Shown one piece after another: positions 26,519 through 32,457 of a DNA stretch of 32,457 nucleotides (its first letter is position 1; each line of letters starts with the position of its first letter). The stretch comes from an uncultured virus (IMG/VR IMGVR_UViG_3300029305_005184). Taxonomy: Duplodnaviria > Heunggongvirae > Uroviricota > Caudoviricetes. The notes under the pieces are model-generated. The model worked only from the letters and a program-made list of their open reading frames with translations, had not been told where the DNA came from and ran no database searches. The position numbers were made by a program, and so were the translations under genes. The DNA lies in IMG/VR virus record IMGVR_UViG_3300029305_005184; one strand, written 5' to 3'.

Positions 26519-27061
26519 TCACTCCCAATCTGTGCATTTTAATATCTCCAGCAGTTTTTCATACTCAGGACAGCGCGAAGCGGTCATAACGTAGGTGTGT
26601 GGCTGTTCATAGCTGTAAGCATATCGGTCAATGTGCTGCTGACAGGCGCTTTTGGTGAGGAATATCGCATCCCGATTGACAAGGTGCATGTTGCGATAAT
26701 ACGTTGCTTCAAAATGCACATTGCCGTCTGCATACAGTTCATTTGCCTTTCTTACGACATCGTCGATGTCCATATCGGCATAATCGGTTTCGGTACCGAG
26801 ATTGTATTCTTCAGGATCGACCAACTCCCGAACTACGCTTTGGATGTTATTGGATTCTCCGACTTCAACCTGATTATCGTAGTCATAGACGATCCAGCCA
26901 TCGGCATATTCTTCCTGATAGCCGTATTCCTTCTTGGTCTCAATAATTCCCCAAAACCTCGGATCGCGGTTGCCGTCGGTTGGCTGAGTGAGCAGTGTAC
27001 GTTTGAGGGCGGCGAGAAATACGGCATCTTCGGCATTCATAACAACGATTTTCTTTTCCAT
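26519..27061 (-). CDS. Hypothetical phage protein
   Basis: AAGGAG RBS; 180 aa. Confidence 0.6.
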   Translation of the reverse strand: MEKKIVVMNAEDAVFLAALKRTLLTQPTDGNRDPRFWGIIETKKEYGYQEEYADGWIVYDYDNQVEVGESNNIQSVVRELVDPEEYNLGTETDYADMDIDDVVRKANELYADGNVHFEATYYRNMHLVNRDAIFLTKSACQQHIDRYAYSYEQPHTYVMTASRCPEYEKLLEILKCTDWE

Positions 27062-27079
27062 GATGCTTTCTCCTTTGTA

Positions 27080-28747
27080 TTATTGGCCGGCAAGCATAAG
27101 TAGTTGGTTGGTGCCAGCATTGAGATAATAATCCGCTTGAAGCATGATTTCTTCATAGCGCTCTTTGCCCTGGAAGCTGTCTACGACATCCTTTTCTTCC
27201 TCGGACAGATCGCTGTAGTGTGCCTTTCCATAATTGGGCGGAAGCCATCCTTTTTTCATGCTGGCAAAAAGATTGAATTTTTCGAGCAAATCTTCATTCT
27301 TGAAAATGAGATGCGCGGTGCCTTTTTTATAAAAAGTGGCTGAAAAATACTTTGTGTCGATATTCCGGGTGTTGCCGGTACGCTCTGCTTCTTCAAGTGC
27401 GCTGCCAAGCGAACCCGCCCAATCCGTCCTGCCGCTATCCAGAAAATCAAAGGTTTTTTCAATATCCTCCAGCTTGCGCAGCACGTTGTAGCTTCTAAAT
27501 CTATGATCCCAGCTATCGTAAGCGCCGTAGAACGGGAGAATAACTTTTTTTCCTACGCGGAAAGCGCTATTCGTCTTCCAGCCATTGTAATAATGGCGGT
27601 TGGGACTGTTTTTGTGGTAGTCAAGATGCGTCCAATCATCAAACAGTGCAATGATGGTTTCTTCGATTCCATTTACAACCTTTGCATTCATCTTGATCAG
27701 CAATGTCAGAATGTTGTAAGCAGAAAAATCGTAATCTTTCAGCCTGTTTACGCTGTTATACAATTCCTGAAGAAGATTGCCGGTGAGCTTTTGCGTAAAT
27801 GTCTTTTGCTGGAAAATAGCACGCCAGTACTTGCCGCGAGTTTCCCGAATATAAGCATTTATTAAAGCCTCTCTGTCCTTGCCGGCCACCTTAACGGTGA
27901 GCGTCAATATTGGATTTCCATATTTGCTTTCAGGATCATCTATCATATACGGCCGCATCGCCTGATATTCTTCGATCAGCCTGATACCGCAGGCCACTTC
28001 ATAGTCGTACCGGCTTACCCACTTGTCGATCTCGTTGTACCGAACCATGTCGGCGTACTCAGGATCTATGGTCTGCGTTTTATAAGCAGGCGCCTTTCGC
28101 ATTTCGTCCATGATCGTGCTGTCTGCCTCTGTTTTGGGAATATCGACATTGACCAGTGCGACGGCTACGGGCGTTCTGCGTTCTGCATCCATAAAAGCAT
28201 CTGCAAGATAAGTTATCTTTGCGGAGAGGCTTTCCAGCTTTGCTGCAAGCTCCTGCCGTTCAACAGAAAAAGGATTTTGGATTGTTTCGGCGTTGAGAAT
28301 GCAGGCGATCTGGCCGCCGTACCGCATCAGCTCCAGTGCCTTTAACAAGTGTTTTGCACCCTGATCGAAAGGTGGGTTCATCAGCACCAGATCGTAGCGT
28401 TTCTGGGTTTCGAAGCGTAGAAAATCATCCTGCACTACACGGAATCCTTCACCTTCCAACGTACTGCGGAGCACCGGGTCAATCTCAATGCAATCTATAT
28501 CGGCATCCTCGATCGCCTGTCCCATACTCCGATCATCGTACACGGGATAGCTTCTATCCCGGTTATGGATTTTGCAGGCAGCATACCGGGCAAGATCGCC
28601 CTTTCCAGCACTGGGTTCCAAGATGCTGGCAACCATGCGCCAGTTCACATGTTTTGTCAGTTTCTCAGCAACATTTTCGGGAGTGGGATAGAAGGTGCTG
28701 CGCGCACGGTCTGAGGATATGTATTTTTCCAGTGACAATTTATCCAT
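27080..28747 (-). CDS. SAM-dependent N6-adenine DNA methyltransferase with DUF4942-like C-terminus
   Basis: 'FYPTP', 'ILEPSAGKG' (motif I), 'LMNPPF' (motif IV), C-terminal 'YKKGTAHL.F....LE.FN......GWLP'. Confidence 0.8.
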   Translation of the reverse strand: MDKLSLEKYISSDRARSTFYPTPENVAEKLTKHVNWRMVASILEPSAGKGDLARYAACKIHNRDRSYPVYDDRSMGQAIEDADIDCIEIDPVLRSTLEGEGFRVVQDDFLRFETQKRYDLVLMNPPFDQGAKHLLKALELMRYGGQIACILNAETIQNPFSVERQELAAKLESLSAKITYLADAFMDAERRTPVAVALVNVDIPKTEADSTIMDEMRKAPAYKTQTIDPEYADMVRYNEIDKWVSRYDYEVACGIRLIEEYQAMRPYMIDDPESKYGNPILTLTVKVAGKDREALINAYIRETRGKYWRAIFQQKTFTQKLTGNLLQELYNSVNRLKDYDFSAYNILTLLIKMNAKVVNGIEETIIALFDDWTHLDYHKNSPNRHYYNGWKTNSAFRVGKKVILPFYGAYDSWDHRFRSYNVLRKLEDIEKTFDFLDSGRTDWAGSLGSALEEAERTGNTRNIDTKYFSATFYKKGTAHLIFKNEDLLEKFNLFASMKKGWLPPNYGKAHYSDLSEEEKDVVDSFQGKERYEEIMLQADYYLNAGTNQLLMLAGQ

Positions 28748-28752
28748 AAGTT

Positions 28753-29124
28753 TTACTCCCGTATCTCCATTTCGATCAGGCGGGTAATCTCCGGCAACAA
28801 TTTTGCCTTTATCTGCTCTAATACTTTTTCATCGGCCATCTCATGGGAAAACACAGGCCTGTTCAGCGTCCTTTCAATGAAGGCGTGTACATCGCCGAAA
28901 TTACGTGTGAGTAGATAGCCGGTATATGCAGATAACAGAACTGCCAAGTCATGATGAAGCGCTTTTGCCGGCTGCGCATCTGGGATTGTGGATATGGCCG
29001 TGATAACCTTTTGAAGCAGTTCTGCTTCACAGCCTCCGCATTCATTGGCCTTTTGTGCGTTCGATTTCATATCTTCCAGAAGGAGAAGCACATCATCCTT
29101 GCGTATCAGTGTATTACTGGACAT
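28753..29124 (-). CDS. Hypothetical phage protein
   Basis: ATG 29124 overlaps ParB stop. Confidence 0.55.
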   Translation of the reverse strand: MSSNTLIRKDDVLLLLEDMKSNAQKANECGGCEAELLQKVITAISTIPDAQPAKALHHDLAVLLSAYTGYLLTRNFGDVHAFIERTLNRPVFSHEMADEKVLEQIKAKLLPEITRLIEMEIRE

Positions 29125-30448
29125 CACTTGTTTCACCATCCTTAAAACATTCGTGCGTATGATCGAGCCATGCCTGTTCTTCCTCGCTGAGTTCATAGCC
29201 GAGATCACACAGATACTGATACAGCTGCACTGCATGTGTGTTTTCCTTGATCTTACCCGAATAATCATCAATAAAGCTCATGCTGAAATCTGCGATTCGG
29301 TCATACGCCGAAAGCACCAGCGCACGAACGAGGCGACTATCGGGTATATCTGCGATTTCCTGCATTGACATGTGCAGGGTGCTGGTTCCCGTATATCCTT
29401 CCTTCTGTTCTTCGGGCTGCGGACAAAACACTGTGCTGAAAACACCTTTTTTCGACAAGGCGTAAGTATACTGATCCCGGCACATCACCCACAATGCAAA
29501 ACGATAAGCAACGGATTCCTTGCCTTTGAAGGAGGCGTTTTTTAGGAAGGCGCCGCGAAGCTCCTTAAATTTGGTGCAAAGCTCGTTTTCAACGTTCTTT
29601 CGCGCCTTAATCCGGGCTGCAGCCTCGCGCTTTGCCTGTTCCTTCGCTTCATTTACGGGCGGTTTGATCTCATACAGAGTGATATTATTTTCGCCGAGCA
29701 CGTAGGCATATTTCTTGTTCCCAGGTTTGCCGACACGTTCAAGTACCTTGTTTTCGGTGAAATAGTAGCACGTGACATAGCTGTGGAGGCTGTAGTCCTG
29801 CTTTTCAATTTCTTCGGCAAAGGTGTTGAGCTTTTCCAACATCGCAGGCAGCACGGCTTTACGTGCCTTATCCACGCGAACCTTGTACATAACGGATTGA
29901 TAATCGTTGGTGCCGACCTTTTCAAGCGCCTCTTTCTGGAGGCTTTCATCCTCAATATCGCAGATTTCGGCAAACTGCAAAAGTGTCGCGCCACGCTGTT
30001 CCGCCTGACGCATGCCGCCGCGATTCAATTTGGAAAGGCGGGCGTATTTGCGAACTGTAGCATCGCTGATTCCAGTGTTGCCGGAAATCTCGCTTACGTT
30101 CATGCCCAAATCCATCATCATCTGGACGCCGCCGACCTTTTCGGTGATGGTCAGATCGTTGCGCTGGATGTTTTCGGACATCATGACAGCGATCTGCTCG
30201 GAATAGGACATGTTTTCGTCAATGGAGCAGGGCAGTTCGTCAATGCCGGCAATTCCGGATGCAGAGAAACGCCGGTGGCCGATAACGATGCGGTACATAT
30301 CAGGCTTGTCGGGATGGGGAACGACGGTGAGGTTCTGCAAAATACCTTGTTTGCGGATGGATGCTGTAAGCTCTGACAGATCGCCCAATTCCTTTCGGGG
30401 ATTATCGGGGTGAGCTTCCAACTTGGAACGGTGAATCGTTGTAATCAT
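29114..30448 (-). CDS. ParB/Spo0J-like N-terminal domain protein
   Basis: 'HPDNPRK...L.ASI...GILQNL.V...IVIGHRR...ENIQR.DL' plus HTH; GGAGG RBS. Confidence 0.85.
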   Translation of the reverse strand: MITTIHRSKLEAHPDNPRKELGDLSELTASIRKQGILQNLTVVPHPDKPDMYRIVIGHRRFSASGIAGIDELPCSIDENMSYSEQIAVMMSENIQRNDLTITEKVGGVQMMMDLGMNVSEISGNTGISDATVRKYARLSKLNRGGMRQAEQRGATLLQFAEICDIEDESLQKEALEKVGTNDYQSVMYKVRVDKARKAVLPAMLEKLNTFAEEIEKQDYSLHSYVTCYYFTENKVLERVGKPGNKKYAYVLGENNITLYEIKPPVNEAKEQAKREAAARIKARKNVENELCTKFKELRGAFLKNASFKGKESVAYRFALWVMCRDQYTYALSKKGVFSTVFCPQPEEQKEGYTGTSTLHMSMQEIADIPDSRLVRALVLSAYDRIADFSMSFIDDYSGKIKENTHAVQLYQYLCDLGYELSEEEQAWLDHTHECFKDGETSDVQ

Positions 30449-30474
30449 GAGTTTCCTCCTTCTGATCGCTTTTG

Positions 30475-30762
30475 TTAGTTGAGGTACCATTCCCGGATTT
30501 CTTTCATGAGTGCCAGCAAACCGAACTCGTTATAGCAGATATAGCAGGAGATCGCATCTTCCAACGTATCTGCATTTTCAGCTTCGGTTTCTACATCAAG
30601 ATCAATCTCCATTTTTCTTAAGAGGTTGAATACCTCGTTTTCTGCTTCTTTGGCCTTTTGGCTTGCTTTTCGCGCACGCTGAATGAGCTTTTTGAGACGC
30701 AGCAAGTCAAGTTCTTTTGATTCCTGAATTTCCGTGCGCGGCCTTTGCTGAAGATTATCCAT
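30475..30762 (-). CDS. Hypothetical protein
   Basis: AGGAG RBS before ATG 30762. Confidence 0.5.
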   Translation of the reverse strand: MDNLQQRPRTEIQESKELDLLRLKKLIQRARKASQKAKEAENEVFNLLRKMEIDLDVETEAENADTLEDAISCYICYNEFGLLALMKEIREWYLN

Positions 30763-31321
30763 GCGATGATTCTCCTGAGAAACCCGGTAGAGGGGTATTA
30801 AAATACAGATGTTCAATTAAATCCGCCGCAAACTTATAGGATTCATCATCGGCTTTATTCGGTGAACGCAATGCGGCGAGAATCATATTAACGCGTGTAG
30901 TTGTCTGTTCTTGATTGATGAAGTAGCGCTTTGCCAATCGCATGATTTCGGATTGCGAAACCCCGTCCTTTCTGCCGACCATCCACCAGGGCGGCGTTTG
31001 GAATACGCCGTACTGACATTTCCAGATGTGCAAGCAGTACTTATGATCGTTGATATAATCCTCCTGTTTCGGATGGTACTGAATGCAGGTTTCATCAGGA
31101 TCAAAGAACATGCTTTTTACTTCGCACATTTCCTCCCATGTTGGACAGCGGTTACTGAAACTTACGGACACATGATCCCATCCGCCGCCCCAACTGAATT
31201 GAATTGATGCAAAGTGCGACTTTTTGCTGCTGAGGAGCTGCGCCTGAGCAGTGCCGCCGTCTTCTGCCGTATCAATAATCATTAACCGCGGCGTTTTTAA
31301 GAGAAGATCCAGACGTTTCAT
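30755..31321 (-). CDS. Conserved phage protein (WDHVSVS...PTWEEM...CLHIW family)
   Basis: Recognisable conserved phage motif; AAAGGA RBS. Confidence 0.65.
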   Translation of the reverse strand: MKRLDLLLKTPRLMIIDTAEDGGTAQAQLLSSKKSHFASIQFSWGGGWDHVSVSFSNRCPTWEEMCEVKSMFFDPDETCIQYHPKQEDYINDHKYCLHIWKCQYGVFQTPPWWMVGRKDGVSQSEIMRLAKRYFINQEQTTTRVNMILAALRSPNKADDESYKFAADLIEHLYFNTPLPGFSGESSHG

Positions 31322-31725
31322 GACTGCGTCCTTTCTATGCGGCACTTGGGAAGTTTTTCTCCGCTTAAAGGCATCGGTTCGTCAAAACTGAGAGAAACAC
31401 CACCTTCGGGGTGATTGTGCCATGCACGCACATATTGAATGGCCTGATGCACTTCAAACGATTTTGCAGCGAAATCAATGTCTCTCACACCGTAGCTGTG
31501 TCCCCATCCCTGCAGATCGGGGTACAGCATTCTTCGGGCTTGATACAGCATGTCATTTGCCATGTCCTTGTCAGCACATGTAATCTTGTGTTTTCGGCCG
31601 TGTCTCGTAACTTCAAAGGTCAATTCCTGAAACTGCCCCATAAGCAGACGCGCATAGACCTCGCAAGCGCGTCGTACAATTTCGACATGGTCCTCCGTAA
31701 GCTCAAGAACGTATGTATTGCTCAT
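31318..31725 (-). CDS. Hypothetical phage protein
   Basis: AAGGAG RBS before ATG 31725. Confidence 0.55.
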   Translation of the reverse strand: MSNTYVLELTEDHVEIVRRACEVYARLLMGQFQELTFEVTRHGRKHKITCADKDMANDMLYQARRMLYPDLQGWGHSYGVRDIDFAAKSFEVHQAIQYVRAWHNHPEGGVSLSFDEPMPLSGEKLPKCRIERTQS

Positions 31726-31958
31726 AACAAAACTCCTTCTTTTGCGCCGCGCCAAAGCCAGTTTGCGTTGCTGAATTTTTGGCAATCTTCGATGCAACAC
31801 GCTATGGATTCTTTGCTTTTGCCGATGTTGTGATAGCAAATAGCGCAGCAATTTTCTTCCGGGTCATTGATATACTGCTTTATATCCGCATGAAGGGCTT
31901 CCAACGCCTGTTTATACGCATCCCTTTCAGCGATCAGTGCTTCAAGCTGATTTTCCAT
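31722..31958 (-). CDS. Hypothetical protein (Cys-rich)
   Basis: Operonic; CxxC motif. Confidence 0.5.
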   Translation of the reverse strand: MENQLEALIAERDAYKQALEALHADIKQYINDPEENCCAICYHNIGKSKESIACCIEDCQKFSNANWLWRGAKEGVLL

Positions 31959-31970
31959 TTGTAGCCTCGC

Positions 31971-32177
31971 TCAGTAGTGCTCGTCAATCCAATCAAGGTA
32001 CAGATCGCTGTCTATGTCGCCGGAGTCGATGGACAGAACAGTATCATCAGCATGTCCGGCATCCCTCAGTGCAGTTTCGCAGTTCTTTTTGAATTTTTTT
32101 GCCTTTTTCTCGCTGGAAAATGAGGCGACCCACGGATCACCACTCGGTCTCACGATAGCAACTGTCCATACCTTCAT
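31971..32177 (-). CDS. Hypothetical protein
   Basis: AGGAGG RBS. Confidence 0.5.
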   Translation of the reverse strand: MKVWTVAIVRPSGDPWVASFSSEKKAKKFKKNCETALRDAGHADDTVLSIDSGDIDSDLYLDWIDEHY

Positions 32178-32451
32178 ACGCCTTCCTCCTTGATTTCTTA
32201 TTCATGAGCTTTTGTCGTTCAGCGCGCGTACCATGCCATTTTTCGTTTACCAGATTGTCAAAGTCTTCATCATCCAGACCGCAGGCTTCCACAAGCCGCA
32301 AAGCGATATTCGGGTGTGTAATCCAGCCGAGATAGACAATCCCTTCCAGCAAGGCAATGGATATCCTGCATCTATACAGCAAATCTCCATGCTTTTTTTG
32401 ATGCTCTGCGATCTTACGCCTCGTTTCGGCCATGCTTGCTTCATTGCTCAT
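32137..32451 (-). CDS. Possible XRE-like HTH protein (may be 5' truncated by window)
   Basis: 'ISIALLEGIVYLGWITHPNIALRLVEACGL' HTH-like; at window edge. Confidence 0.4.
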   Translation of the reverse strand: MSNEASMAETRRKIAEHQKKHGDLLYRCRISIALLEGIVYLGWITHPNIALRLVEACGLDDEDFDNLVNEKWHGTRAERQKLMNKKSRRKAYEGMDSCYRETEW

Positions 32452-32457
32452 TTTTTG

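Noticed and set aside
1..32457. Second DGR variable region
   Set aside because: No further copy of the TR ends (GCGTTTCCCCCGG or GTGCGCTCCGCT) was noticed by eye; a BLASTN self-search would confirm

Overview
The window is an internal segment of a Firmicutes (Clostridia-like) phage or prophage with a PBSX/Xkd-type contractile-tail baseplate. The + strand (1-16134) carries the tape-measure end and baseplate genes, then a complete diversity-generating retroelement (target gene with VR, hairpins, avd, TR, RT; 16 of 16 TR/VR mismatches fall at TR adenines), a lysis cassette and a class II ribonucleotide reductase. The - strand (16181-32451) is an early/accessory arm with ArdC, DUF4314, a ThyX-like protein, a DNA methyltransferase, ParB and many small ORFs. 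The most striking unexplained feature is a ~740-nt non-coding array (21284-22020) with strict 5-nt periodicity (GA-NNN on the - strand). It is organised into ~20 higher-order units, mostly 36 nt, and lies directly upstream of a stand-alone RAMP/Cas7-like gene (20627-21244). Together these are a candidate non-CRISPR, RNA-guided phage system. All family assignments come from motif recognition by eye; no searches were run.
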